A stretch of DNA of 64,000 bases from Lophium mytilinum (taxonomy: Eukaryota). The number at the start of each line of letters is the position of its first letter. The first letter of the stretch is position 1. Position numbers and translations under genes: made by a program. Where the stretch lies: the NCBI GenBank assembly GCA_010093605.1, contig MU004196.1, forward strand, positions 518,606-582,605, given 5' to 3'. Positions 1 through 12,867 of this stretch are shown one piece after another. Under the pieces are notes generated by a model. That model saw only the letters and a list, made by a program, of their open reading frames with translations. It was not told the origin of the DNA and searched no databases.

Positions 1-1937
1 ACCCGCATCTCAAGGCAGCCAACTCCAGGGCAGACTCATAGAAGTCAGTCTCGACGACACGCCGTACCGCGCCCTATCCTACGTTTGGGGACCTCAGAAC
101 CCAGCATGCTACATTCTCTGTAGTGGGAAGCGTCTCCAAGTCACCTCTAACTGCGAACAAGCTCTTCTACGGCTTCGACATCGGAAAAAGCCACAGCTTT
201 GGTGGATCGATGCTATTTGCATCGATCAAACGCCAGAGGGCCTGGAAGAGCGAAGTAGTCAAGTGAGCATGATGGGCGAGATTTATAGCAAGGCTCACGA
301 GACTGTGGCATGGTTGGGCGAAGGAGATGATCTGACGAAGAAGCATATGCGGCTCATCATTCTCATCGGTGGACTGGCTAGGCTGGCTAAGTGCATGCCA
401 TTTGCCCCTAAAACTCATACTGTCAAACAACTCGTAAAGAGAATTCTTCGCTACTTTGATGGTTCGTCCATGATTCATATTCTCAGTACGTTTGTCTATT
501 TTTGAACATGAAGGCTTACATTTAGAAGAACGCTCTGAATGCCATGGCTTGAAATCTCATGCCTACGGCTTACGGGATCTTATTGGATCCGAGTACTTTC
601 AGCGTGCGTGGACTATGCAAGAAGTGGCACTATCGAAACACTGCTACGTCTACTGTCATAAATCGAAAGTGCGTTGGACAGTTTTCAGCTGCGCTGCAGA
701 CAATATATCGACAACCTATTTATCGGCTAATACACCCGATGCTCCCTACGTTCATGGGATCTTAAACCACTTGTCACTCTGGGAGGTCGTAAATCGACCG
801 AAACATGGCCAACGCCTCCCTTTGTCGGCTGAATTCCTCGGTCTAAACGCCCTCTTACTTTTCATCATGTCTCAGAAGGCGACGAATGCCAAAGACAAGA
901 TCTTTTCTATTCACGGAGTCTGCGAGAAACTAGGTATATCCCTTCCCGCACCAGATTACACAAAGCCTGAGTGTCAAGTTTACGCGGAAGCTACATTCAG
1001 CGCTATAGCACACACCAAATCACTCGAAATATTCAAAAGCGTCAACAGTGACCTACGGCCGCCCGAATTACCATCATGGGCTCCAGATTGGAGCGTCTCT
1101 AATAGGCAAATACTACAAGTCGCTTCGAGGACTTATAATCCCTTCTCGGCCTCTAAACGCTCGGAAGCTTATCCGTCGCCATCGGTAGACTGGAGAAAGA
1201 TGATTTTGCGTGGAAAAAGAGTAGGTAATATTCAATGCCGCGAAATTGCAATCTCGAAACGCACCTCATCAGTCGATACGACAGAGTCCACCTCAGGAGT
1301 GTCCAAACTAGCTGCAGACATGCGAGACATCAAAACTTTACAACGATGGATCCGATTCGCCAATCCCCAGAGTACATTCGTAACTGCTGATGCGGACATT
1401 CTTGACAGCCCTCTTTTTCATATATTAAATGCGGTATTACCAACGGTACCAGGACATTTAGCATCAGCTTCGGAGAAACGCCTCTGGTATAACCTCATGT
1501 TACCGCGGCCTTCTGCTGAGAATCAAGGATCGGAAGATCCAGCCGAAGTCAGCAGTTTTGGTTCCGAAGACACAGCGTCACATTTGCAAGCGAATTCATG
1601 TGTGCCCTCCTTGCTCGATCTGGTGAAAGATCCATCCTTTGATGTGTTGGAAGAACTGGCTTCTCTAGATCCGCCTTGTAGATACCATTGGACGATCTTG
1701 TCCTATGTGGCGTCTTTGGTTTTGTTCAGGACTTCAACGAACTTACTCGGCATTGCTTGTCACACAGTCGAGCCTGGCGACGCAGTCGTCTTACTACAGG
1801 GCGGAGCAATGGCCTACATCCTGCGTGGAGATGGAGATTGCTATCGCTTGATCGGACAGGCCTTCATTCACGGTCTCATGAACGGCGAAGAATGGCCTGA
1901 TCGTAACGAGGAGCTTGAAGAGTTAATGTTAATTTGA
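1..1937 (+). CDS. HET-domain (heterokaryon incompatibility, HET-6-like) protein, 5'-truncated by the window edge
   Basis: Frame 2 from base 2 reads YRALSYVWG...VTSNCEQALLRLR...WWIDAICIDQ...ERSSQVSMMGEIYSKA. An intron ending at 525 (donor 462 or 486; both keep frame) joins it to YFQRAWTMQEV...ATNAKDKIFS...LPSWAPDW...YRLIGQAFIHGLMNGE. These are canonical HET/HET-6 motifs. Confidence 0.9.
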
Positions 1938-2456
1938 ACGACCTCGCATTCCATCGGCATATGTCAAATAGATACACATGGAGACCGGTCCGTTTGTATC
2001 GACGGCAAGTGCACCAATCCGCATTCCGACTTCATCGGTAATTCCCCACGCATGTTTTAGCACTGTTCCAACGCTCAGATCGAATAAGCTCTTCGATAGT
2101 CTCTCACTAGTGCGGCGCTTACAGCTTTTTGCATTGAACGTATACTGCGCCACCGTGTTTCGTTTCGGATTGTGCAGATGCGGCACAGTTCTGCACTAGC
2201 CAACGAACTTCCTATGGCCAAACCAATAACTTAGAATACTCGAAGATCTACGACCATTTTGAAACCGGAGCCGCCAGCTACGTCGCATCCTCTTTTCCCA
2301 GACCCCACGCCTCACGGAGGTCCGACAATACAAAGATGGAAGCCATGCCTAGCGTACCAAATCTCGTCGCCAAGCTCGGCATCTCAGAATCTCTTTCTCC
2401 ACACAGGCCGGATCTTCCAGAACCGATTACATTATCATTCTCCAGTAGCGGCAGTG

Positions 2457-3325
2457 ATGATTCCCAACTATGGTAGCAAGATCGCTTTCACACTCTTCTC
2501 CCTCGTCCTTATTGGCCTATCTGTCGCCGCCGTTATACTCAAAAGCTCAAGCATCACCTTCATAGAAGAGCAATCCGGCACGTCCTTCTCTTTTGAAAAT
2601 GTCACCGCGGCCAGTGCGCACCAGATATGGGTGCTCCCCGAGAATCTCTACCACACTCCCGCCAAGTTCGTCGTCGGGACTGCCATAACTTCCATCATCA
2701 TTAGTGGACTCACACTTTTATACATGGCCACGAACATCAGCGACGCCACCACTGTACGCCGCAACTGGGCCGGCCCCTTCTCCTCTTCCTCAATGCTGAC
2801 GCCTAGCAGTCTCTCCGTCCCTCAACAACTCTTCTTGTCTTCATCACTCTCCTACTCAATGCTATCCTCACCCTCTCAGCAATGATAGTGCTGCAAACAA
2901 CCCACGACTTTTCCAGTCAATTGAATACAGCATACAGTTCTGACCTCGCCGCCCGAGTCTATGACTCCGGCACCTTCGATCTCGAAGCCTGGGCCTGCGA
3001 GGTAAAAGATGTACCAGGGGTACCAGGAATCATGGCCGATGAATTAGCAGGCCAGTGTCGACTTGAAAGGGCTGGGAGAATGGTTGTGATTTTCTGGATG
3101 TTAACAGCGGTCATGGTGGCTGGTATGGCGGGGTGGACTCTTCGGGGGGTAAAGAAGGGGATCGATGGGGACAATGGGGGACGAGGGAAGAAAATGTGGT
3201 GGAGGGAATGGATTCCGTTGGGTTGGTGGACGAGCGGGAATGTGAAATCTATGCCCGCGCCGGTGCCGTTAGAGAGGAGGCCGTATTCGTCGCAGTATAG
3301 TGCCGCGTATCGATCGGATGCATAG
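2457..3325 (+). CDS. Four-transmembrane membrane protein of unknown function (2 exons)
   Basis: ATG at 2457. Intron 2754-2806/2809 (GTACGC...GCTGAC...TAGCAG) joins two ORFs in frame. Four hydrophobic segments and a FDLEAWAC...CRLE motif typical of fungal tetraspan proteins. Confidence 0.7.
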
Positions 3326-3981
3326 GAGGTGCACGACCTTTGACTGACCTCAGCGACGACTGGTAGATGTACTTCGAAAGATTGAAAGGAAGAATGGAAG
3401 AGGGAATGGACCGAAGCAGGCGTAGATACGAGAGCTGGATACTAAATGAGAAGTAGGAGCCGGTATCCTACAACCTCGAAGGTCGGGGCGTTGGCTGCCT
3501 ACCAATAATGATACTACGAGAATTTCAGCAAGAATCATGGAACTCTGCAAAGAACGTTATACTGCTAAAATATCCAGGATTTGTACGAGACATAGGGTTG
3601 TTCGATTCATCTCAGTGCGAAAGGCGCAGGGGTTGTAGACCCTGAATGGACCCACAAAACAACAACAAAGCAGACATAAACACCAAACCGACCGATATGC
3701 CACTCTATTCCTGCCCAGATTCTATGAGCTGTCATGAAATTCCATCTACACCGCTTTTCGGTCATACGATGTTGTTTGCGCTGTCGCGATGTTCGTCATC
3801 GTCGCGTTGGAAGCTGAGCTACGTCATCGAAGCAAATCAGGGTACGTCCTAGGCCGTCCCCACGATATAAACGCGAGGCCCACCCGACCGAGTCTCTGGC
3901 TCTACTCCACCTCGAACCTCACAATCGACTCAATACTCAATCTCAAATTCAACCCTTAGATATTCTAGACTTCTCATCATC

Positions 3982-4531
3982 ATGCCTTTCTTCGGCCGCT
4001 CCAACGCCGAAACGGTGCCAGCAACCACGACCACCAATGACGTCCCCAACCGTCGCCGCAGCATGTTTGGCCGTAAGGACAACACTGCAGAGACTACAAC
4101 GACACACCACGCCACCCACAAGACCAGCCCAACTCGCAGCACCGGTACCGGCTTGCTCCACGGCCACCACCAAGACGCGTCGATCACGGACGCGATCGAG
4201 CACTTGAAACTCGCAGAGAAGGCCGAGCGTGATGCGGACGAGGCCCTACACCGTGCGAAGGTTGCGGTAAGGAATGCTAGGGACCATGTCAAGAGGTTGG
4301 AGAAGGAGGCTGCTGAAGAGTGAGTATCCCAGTAATACCCTAACTCACGTAGTGAATGTGACGTCGGACCGAGCTGACTATTTATGTAGGGCGCGACTTG
4401 CGAAGATCAAGCAGAAGCAGGCCCATGTTATCGGCAAGAGGGGCAAGGCTCTTGGACGTGAGTACCGTTCCTCTGGTGTTCAGATGACCGCGTCGCTAAC
4501 ATTTGATGCAGGACACGAGCATGTTATCTAA
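3982..4531 (+). CDS. Small hydrophilic coiled-coil protein (3 exons), hypothetical
   Basis: Introns 4320-4389 and 4458-4511 have GTGAGT donors and CTRAC branch sites. Spliced product ends ...EKEAAEEARLAKIKQKQAHVIGKRGKALGRHEHVI*. TATAAA lies upstream at about 3866. Confidence 0.75.
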
Positions 4532-5891
4532 GCGACTGCTGCTCCAGAGCATCAAGCATGCTGCCATATCTCGGGCATCTCTACGCATGTGCGACTTCTA
4601 CCTACCTCTCATGCATGAGGTCTATGCGTTTGCTTTTCCTGCAAGCGACTGAGCGAATACCCATGATGTCCTTTTTTTCCTATCTGAGCGGCTTGATTCT
4701 TCCCCAATGTGCATTATGTTATGAGCGAGAGCGAGGTGGTCACATTGATCCCGCAGACTGTATCATATTGGCGCCATTGGAATTGATGTTGGAATGAAAA
4801 GACCTTTGCAATTAATCCTATGCTTCCGCTTCACGTGATCAATGCCATTGACTTAAGATGTAGACTCGACACTCTTAAGGTCTTCAAGATCTATCCCTCG
4901 TACCTCGATAAGGCTGATTTCGGTGCTCTTCAAGACAGAGGAAGCAAAGCTGTGGACCTGAGCATATTTTAACTCCGTGATCTCGGCTGTTCTCATCCGG
5001 ACTAGCTTCACCTTTAACCTTATCCCAACCTTTTACAACACCGCAACTCTTCTACGCCCATCACTTCTCCCGTCAAATCCCTATACTGTTATTACTTTCC
5101 ATCAGTGGCACCAGAATCTGTTCGACTTGACAATGTGACCAGCGCATGGCAATATGAGTAGACCATTGCCTTCCAATGCTGAGAATGCCGAGTCGCGCGA
5201 GGACGTGGAGTCCATCATGGAAGAGAAGACTAGCGAAGCAAATTCCACTAGCGGGTACTTTAAAGTAAGCTTTGGAGAGGAGAACGAGTACACGCAAGAA
5301 GGCAGGAACTGGCAGCATATCGTAAGCTGAAAGCGTTAAGGCTGGGACTCAGGTATCAATCAATACGGTCACGACGATGCCAGCCGCGGGTCGAAATGGT
5401 AACTTAGATTCTCTTTCCAATGAACGTCGAAGTTGAGCGATGAGGCGGCTCTCGTTCTTGGCCTGTTGTCTGGTGAGCCACGCCAGCATTTGTATTTCTT
5501 TCTATCAGAGATCAGGCTGTAACAGTCCGGTGAGCTTTGGGGACAATTAAATGTATGCGCCCGTATTGCTTCTAACCTTCGAGGATACAGGGGAAACATC
5601 ATTTAACGGCCACGTAGTGTTGGCATACAGTAGTTTTATCACGCTACTCACTCGAAATTTCTACTATTTCACCTCCAACGTGGCTAGGCTCGGCACTAGA
5701 TTTGTTCCGGTACGACCGCGCTCCACTCACTCGTTACTTGACAGCTCTGTTTTCTCGTGATTTTACATCCACCTACAGCGACAGCCCCTCACTTATTACC
5801 CCCTACCTCTGTCTCGTTGTCATTTCACACCCACCAACAACCACAAGACCAGCATACACTCAACAGTTCGCACTGGAAAAAGGTTTCGGAC

Positions 5892-7737
5892 ATGGACGAC
5901 GACGCGGCCGTAAACGGTCGTTCCCACTTGCAACAGCGGCGAAGAATTGGAGATGGGCGTCGCTACTTGTTGCAACAGCTTTGGCAAATCCTCACGTGGA
6001 AGACTGCGGTTCCAGCAGGAGAGGACAGGATCTCCGCATTACCGGCGGAGCTAAGATTGGCCATCGTAAGCTTTGTAAGTTGGCAATCTCATGGGGTCAG
6101 GCGAAGTAGGTGCCTAGCTAACGGGTAGTCAGATTGAGAAGAAGAAGGATCTTCGCAAGATATGCTTGTTGAGCAAGGCTTGGAACGACTGCGCAACGCC
6201 TGCGTTATGGGAAACCATGACCCTTCCCAATTCGCCAATCTTGGCACAGAAATTCTCCACACTACTCAGCCACGGATCGATGGAGGCAATCAAGCATGTC
6301 CGGTCTTTCGAGCTCCCTGAACATCATCGTCCCGAACAAATGCGCAAATACTACAAGTTTATCTTGCCGTACCTCCCCCAAGAGCGTATCGTGAAGGCCA
6401 GCTTCTACGAGTATCCCCTCACGGACATATTGGCTCTTGTTGAAACATATAATCACCTCACCGATCTCGCAATGGAACTCCCACGCCCCGACCCATACAG
6501 CCTCGAACCCAGGCCGTACTCTGTGCAATCTCGTCAGTTTGCTCTGACAAAACTCGCCCTGGTCTTTTCAAAGTGGTGTAATTATACACATGAAGCACAC
6601 CTACAGTTCTTCATGTGTTTACCACTCATGGTGGATTCGCCGGACCTCAAACACCTTTCGATCAGCTTCTTGGGGGTGGATAAGGAGTACCTCCCTGGAA
6701 AACCAGGTGGGGAACCATCTCCGCTCATAGACCCACTGCTCAGTAAGCTGTTCGCGGCAACGAGAAGCACGCCAATCGTTGAGCTAAAACTGAGAGGAGT
6801 CGATCTGGTTGCAATTGGCCGGCTTGATCTGTCGAGCATCTCGTTCAGAGCTCTGAAGCTTCTCCATCTTGAGCGATGCCACCAAATAGGGGCGCTATTG
6901 GACATTCTTTCCAACATGCACGAACAACTTCGCGATTCGGGGCACAAAGATTTCAACTTGCGAACATTCTCTTATGTTCCGCTACAGTGTGCCTTCGCCC
7001 CCCCATACGACCGTGAAATGCGTCTCGTTCTCAAGAGGTTCCTAGCTTCTTTCTCGGGATTAGTCCAGTTGACGATCATGTCGTACGAAACGCTCAAGTA
7101 TACCGACGGTGGGCCCGGGACATTCTCGATACTACCTACTTACGCCCTGTTCATGACGCATGCCTCCACGCTGAAGTATCTTCTGATTGGGCTAGAGAAA
7201 AGCTTAATAACGAATGAGGAGAGAACACCTTGGTACCCGCAAGAAGAGATCGCATTGATTTGCGCCAACTGCCGGAACCTGGAGCAGCTTGGTCTTCCGC
7301 TTCTTGGACAGGACGGAGTTCCAGAGTACATCGTAAGTAATTACCGTTTCTATTGTAGCTCACCCCACTATACTAACTGAGTTCTTTCTCAGAGCGAGTT
7401 TGCCAACCTTCCGAAGTTGCATACCCTCCGCATCACTTCTGGCCACAACAAGGAATGGAGACCGCGGAAGAAGAAGTTCGCACGATCTTGCCTCACTACA
7501 TTGGTTAGGGAAGGGAGCCCCATTCAGATCTCGGCACTCCTGCCAATGGAAATCCGCAAATACTACAAAGAGGACTTCGCGGTGTGGCAGCTTCGACATA
7601 AAGAAGTCCTATCTGAGGGGCGCGTTGGGTGGATCGAAGTGGACAATGTCAAGCTTGAAGACTTGGACGAGCTCAAGGTCGATATCTTGGATGCAGGCGT
7701 TGTGAGCCGAGCCAAGTCTGGAGCGAGGTGGGACTAG
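5892..7737 (+). CDS. F-box protein with LRR/RNI-like C-terminal region (3 exons)
   Basis: Spliced F-box ISALPAELRLAIVSF|IEKKKDLRKICLLSKAWNDCATPALWET (intron 6075-6132); second intron 7333-7392. LRR-like segments LKHLSI, LKLLHL, LKYLLI, LEQLGL, LHTLRI. Confidence 0.75.
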
Positions 7738-8662
7738 GCGAAAGATGATGATGGCGCTGGTCTGTATAGTGAGTAGGCGACTGGGCTTTGCTCTTGATCG
7801 ATTGGATACATCCCTTTCGCAAGCAAACACTGCCATCGGGGGTAACTAAGTGAGGCAAATGGCTCTTGATCACGCTATCTCTTCGGAGACTCTCGAGCAG
7901 TTCAACACTCTCTGAGGTAGCCCGGAGAACTACTAGGCTTGTCAAAGCTGGTACTTTATAAGTAGCAATAACACACTAGAGGACTTCAAGCGGTGCTATG
8001 CAAGTGTGCACAAACAAAGAAATAAGGGGTATACCTCAAGTTGTGTAGAACGCCTATTTCTATTGCCACTCCAACGCTGTCACATCGGGCATGAAAATGA
8101 TGGCACACGTAGCAAGTATTCTGTCTCGTGCGGTAGTGTACACCCATGTCTGCCACTGTTTGAAGTCCTTCAATAAGGTTTTATATAGCCCAGAGCTAGG
8201 ATTTATTATCCAATTTATATCTTTAAGAATACATTGAAGCACCACAAACAGCGGCAGACAGGTGTATACGAAGAGTCGGAATGCTGGCTGATTGTGCCAC
8301 ATCTTTCATTCCTAGCGTGATAGGGTGGCGTAATATAGTAAAGGTGGGCTGCCAAGGTTTTGAGGCGACAATTTACGGAGTAAACAACCCAGAATGATCT
8401 CACGATGGTCTCTGATACAGCAATGATTATATGGGAAAGGTGCTCCCTACTTTTTGCTACTATGTTAAATATGTGTTGACACTTGACCCATACCACTTAT
8501 TTCCTGTGCAACGTTCCCAGCTAGCTGTATTTAGTCCGTCAAGAGGTCACTCGATTTCTACTGCCCTGGCCTTTACATCGCTCTGTGAGCCTTTACATGG
8601 CGGCATATCAGCTCACGCGATTATATCATTCCCAATTGCTGTTATGTCTGGCGACTTTGATC

Positions 8663-10075
8663 CTATATCTTGATTCGCTTCGTGTTCGAATCAACATCTT
8701 CGTCTCGCTTGCGTTTGCTAATGTGAATATTGTGCAGTTCGGAGACCTCGATTTCAATGCCGTCCTCTCCATCAGTCCTCATGCACTTCCGCTGTCTCTC
8801 TTCCGATAGAGAGAGGTAACTCGCCTCGAGGTGTTTCAGGATCTGGTGAACGTCGTTGTGATAGTCTTTTTCATCGAGATGGTTGACCAAGAACCGCAAG
8901 AATTGGTCGTTCTTTTGAGACAGGCTTTGGGACTTGATGTCCATTGCCATGGACCAGAGCAGTCGCCCCGCGGGACTGATAAACTTGTAGGGTCGGCGGC
9001 TCCGAAGAAGCTGCGGCATTTTCCAAAAGTCCACATTTGGCTTTTCGGTGCTCGTGATATCTAGTCCTTGTTGAATAGCCCACCACCAGAAGTCTCGACC
9101 CTCTGCGGTAAGGCAAGGGTGGAGAAGGTAGAGGTCGGCTAGAAATCCCTGTTTATTTACGCGGTATATGACGTTGGCACCGCATTCCGCGAAGAGTTTG
9201 GCAAGCTTGTAGTAGCGGCGTTCGACTGCGCTCCGGAAGGGAGTAGGGTAATAAGGATTGCGGGCGGGGTCCACTGGGACCCCGGCGTCGAGGAGACGAC
9301 GAGCAACTTCCAGAGCTTGGTCCATGTTGCCTTCTGTAAGATCCGACATTGCGAGGTCATGCAGCAAGGTCTTCGCGGGTTGGTTGAAACGTCTACTAGC
9401 GGGGTCGAGTCCATGATCGAGGCATAGCATGAGTATGGCGGGGTACAGGGTATTGACCTGACCGAAACGAGGTTGTTGAAATCGTTCCCACAAGGAGGGA
9501 TTCCTCGAATCTCTATTCAGCTGCGCGCCGTTTTCCAGTAGCAGCCGAAGGCAAGCCATAATTTGGTCATTGGGAAGAGCTTTGTCGATAGGCCAAAGAC
9601 GAGGGAGTGAAATATGCATGAAACCCTCCAGGATATCATTCATGTGACGTACATGACATTTGGCGTCCAGATTCTTCTTGCCTTCGAGCTTCTTCTCCAT
9701 ATGCTCAAGGCAGAGGATAACAGCTTGAGCTAATGTAAGGCTATTTAGCGTGGTATCCGCCCACTTCCCATGTAAAGAGTAGGACTGGTTCAAGGCCGCT
9801 AAGGCAGGCCATACCCTACCTTCCACCCAAAGATCGGCTCCGTGAGAGAGTAGATACTGGAGCTTTCGAATATCACCTACTAGGATAGCTGCTTCTAAGG
9901 CCGTCTGTCCATCGACGTCTGCAATAGCGACTTTGTGGAATTCTTCTTGCAATATCCTACGATGATTCCGGTTGGTTTGAATCAAGCAGGCGAGAGCCGA
10001 TGGTGTCGATTTCAAGTATTCGCCGATCTCGAGTGTAAGCTCGTCAGGAAGAGCGTCGAGTTTTGCTCGCGACAT
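8663..10075 (-). CDS. F-box + ankyrin-repeat protein (intronless)
   Basis: N-terminal LDALPDELTLEIGEYL...LACLIQTNR is F-box-like. Ankyrin motifs include GQTALEAAI...LLSHGAD, LLLENGAQ, TLLHDLA...LLDAGVPV and TPFRSAV...FAECGANV. Basic C-terminus KRKR...KRIKI. Confidence 0.75.
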   Translation of the reverse strand: MSRAKLDALPDELTLEIGEYLKSTPSALACLIQTNRNHRRILQEEFHKVAIADVDGQTALEAAILVGDIRKLQYLLSHGADLWVEGRVWPALAALNQSYSLHGKWADTTLNSLTLAQAVILCLEHMEKKLEGKKNLDAKCHVRHMNDILEGFMHISLPRLWPIDKALPNDQIMACLRLLLENGAQLNRDSRNPSLWERFQQPRFGQVNTLYPAILMLCLDHGLDPASRRFNQPAKTLLHDLAMSDLTEGNMDQALEVARRLLDAGVPVDPARNPYYPTPFRSAVERRYYKLAKLFAECGANVIYRVNKQGFLADLYLLHPCLTAEGRDFWWWAIQQGLDITSTEKPNVDFWKMPQLLRSRRPYKFISPAGRLLWSMAMDIKSQSLSQKNDQFLRFLVNHLDEKDYHNDVHQILKHLEASYLSLSEERQRKCMRTDGEDGIEIEVSELHNIHISKRKRDEDVDSNTKRIKI

Positions 10076-10690
10076 ACTGCTTAGCGATGCAGGATGACGC
10101 GCACAGCGGGCGGAGAGTATAGGGGATATGGCGTCGAAGGTATTGAAGGTGTGGTTGTTGAGGGTGAAGGGTTGGCGGTGATGTTGGCGGTGTTGTAAAG
10201 ACGAGGGTGATTCTTCGTGGGAAGATTATATTTAGGTAAATGGAAATCGAAACCGACAGCGCAGAGGGTGATTGGCTAATCTTAAACTTCACCTTGGATA
10301 GTGGCATGAGTATAGGTACCGAAGGTATAAACTCGGCTGAACGATTCTCCGACCGCTACGAGTGGCTGGCTCAATTTCAACGACCACTCTTCTTTTGAAC
10401 ACCGTGTCCCTTCCGAAATGAACTCTTCAGATGCCGCCTCTTTCAACGCTTGCTCGCCTAAGTAGACTTGTTGATAGGCATGCAAGAGAACATCTAGGCT
10501 TCGACTTCCCGTTCACTCCGATGCCGCTCGCCTTAATTTTACTTGCTTGTTTACCTAATTTGAAGCGATGTACTTGAAATTAAAATATCAGAATCGTAAG
10601 CTGTACGAATTCTTAGCTATGGCTGGTCACCAGCTGTCCACTACCTTTAATCAACTTAGCTATAAGACGCATAGCGCGTATCAAAGTCAC

Positions 10691-10786
10691 GTTATGGACC
10701 GCGTTAGAAACCGCGTTAAAACCAGTAGTCGGAACTGCATTAAGGCCAACGTCAGGGACCGCGGTAGGGACCGCGTTATGAACCCT
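10691..10786. repeat. Degenerate 12-bp tandem repeat, 8 units
   Basis: gttatggaccgc/gttagaaaccgc/gttaaaaccagt/agtcggaactgc/attaaggccaac/gtcagggaccgc/ggtagggaccgc/gttatgaaccct. Confidence 0.6.
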
Positions 10787-11340
10787 TTCAGAAGCAGTCC
10801 AGGTCAGGCGCCTCAAGATTGAGTCGTAAGCGTAGTTCTAGACTACGCGGGAACACCTAGTAAATATTCGCATTAGTGTAGCACGGTGGGCTTATGAGTT
10901 AAGAGAGAACACGGAACTTAGTACGTTGCGAGATTGTCGGGGGTTATAACCTAGGTTATGATTACTTATCGAAATCCAACGACAGGGGGGCCTGCGCAGG
11001 CAAGGATGCGAGTTGTTGGACAAACTTCTGATTCGATCCTTCGGATCGTTAGACACTACTATCCAATCGTTAAACCCGTTCGTAGTCGGTATGTCCGCGA
11101 TTTGGGCCTCGTACGCGTTGACTCACCATCCTATAGGCGTCTCGGTGTGTCGGGTATCCGTGAGAATCTCCTAGAACGGGTTAGATCATTTGATGCCAGT
11201 AAATCCGAGTCACCGATTGGGTCGTCTTGAAGAGTAAATATAGGCAGGTCCGGGGGGTTAATCGCAATGAAGAGGTATAAGAAGCTGCTCGAAAGGACCG
11301 TTTTATTGATTCCGACCTCACCTCAGTGCAACCTTCCAAG

Positions 11341-12303
11341 ATGGCCTTCCCCTTCCCAACCTTCACCACCCCCTTCCACTCCACCGTTTACCCCTCCATC
11401 TCCCCCACCAACCCCTCCCTATCTGCGGCCAAAAAGACCATCCTCATAACTGGCGGCGGATCCGGCATTGGAAAAGCCATCGCCATCGCTTTCGCTACGG
11501 CAGGCGCTCGCGCTGTGATCATCCTCGGCCGAAGCTCGTCCACTCTCTCCGCCGCCTCGGGCGAGATCTCCGCGGCAGCGACAGCATCTGGACACGTGAC
11601 GGCGGTCAAATCCTTCGTCGCTGACATTCGTGACGCGACCGCTGTGTCCAATGCTGTTAAGAGTGTGCGAGAGGAGTTCGGCGGGATAGACGTCTTCGTC
11701 GCCAACGCAGGAGATCTCTACATGAGCACCATCGAGAACGCCGTTGCGGAGGACTGGTGGCGCAGTTTCGAGACCAACGTGAAGGGAACGCTGAATTGCA
11801 TGCAGTCCTTCGTCCACCATGGCCTCAAGCCAGCTGCCGAAGGAGCACTCCCACCAACTTTCATCAACGTCGCTACGATTGCGGCGCATATCCCCCCGGG
11901 ATTCGGCATGTCCGCGTACTCTTCGTCGAAATTGGCGACTTGGAAGATGGCCGCGTATCTGGATGCTGAGATGGGTGACAGGCTGCGGGTGTTCACGATT
12001 CATCCGGGGAATGTGGCGACGGCGATGAGTGACAAGGCGGGGACGCCGCAGTTGGATGATGCTAGTATGTTTACCTTCTTCGTGTTCTCTTATCAATCAA
12101 GGCCAATTTCAGCCTATAGAAGCTAACGAGTTGAAGCATTACCCGGGGGCTTTTGTGCCTGGCTTGCTGCAACGCCTGAAGCGGATTTTCTACGTGGGAG
12201 GTTTATTTCCGTCAATTGGGATGTTGAGGAGTTGTTGAGGAGGAAAAGTGAAATCGTGGAAAAGAACATGCTCTCTATGGAGCTTTCTGGTTGGGGCGCT
12301 TGA
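11341..12303 (+). CDS. Short-chain dehydrogenase/reductase (SDR)
   Basis: TGGGSGIG Rossmann motif, ANAG, and YSSSK catalytic YxxxK. Intron 12065-12136, then LPGGFCAWLAATPEADFLRGRFISVNWDVEEL...GWGA*. Confidence 0.92.
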
Positions 12304-12867
12304 TTAGAAGTCCGGGTGGACGATGCATCAATTACTAGATAACTATCGGGAATGGAGCTACAATGAAAGCTGTTGCGCATCTGCATGATTTCCAGGAGGT
12401 GGCTGTGCACGTGTGGCTCAAATTCATGTACCACTTTCCGTTCAACGAAGCTTTCCAGGGATACCTAAGTAGCTGGTTGGAAATGCCCGGCCCATTTTCA
12501 AATCTCCGAACCTCTCCACCACATCAAGTCGTGTTCATCTCCCCCGGTCAATGGACTTTGTCCGCCAGGCCGCTGCTATGGCAGGAATCTTCGATGATTC
12601 ACAGACCTTTGATGACTCACTTGGCCGGTACCAACGCCGATGCGATGACTCTACTCAATCGCGTGCTCAGCCTCAATGGCTTCTTACTAGTTTACAGATT
12701 TTCAAATCTATTCTAAAGCTTCGTATACCTTGATACACGCTTACTTCAGGCTTCCGTGCACTCTTAGCAACGCTTGAGGTCCTCTGGCTCGCTATCAAAC
12801 ATCATAAAACGACGTTTTCGGCACGGTTGAAAGCTCTTCGAGCCATCTCAATCATTGTTGAACCGCT

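Noticed and set aside
5155..5330. Short acidic ORF MSRPLPSNAENAESREDVES...
   Set aside because: Under 60 codons, with no convincing downstream exon or motif.
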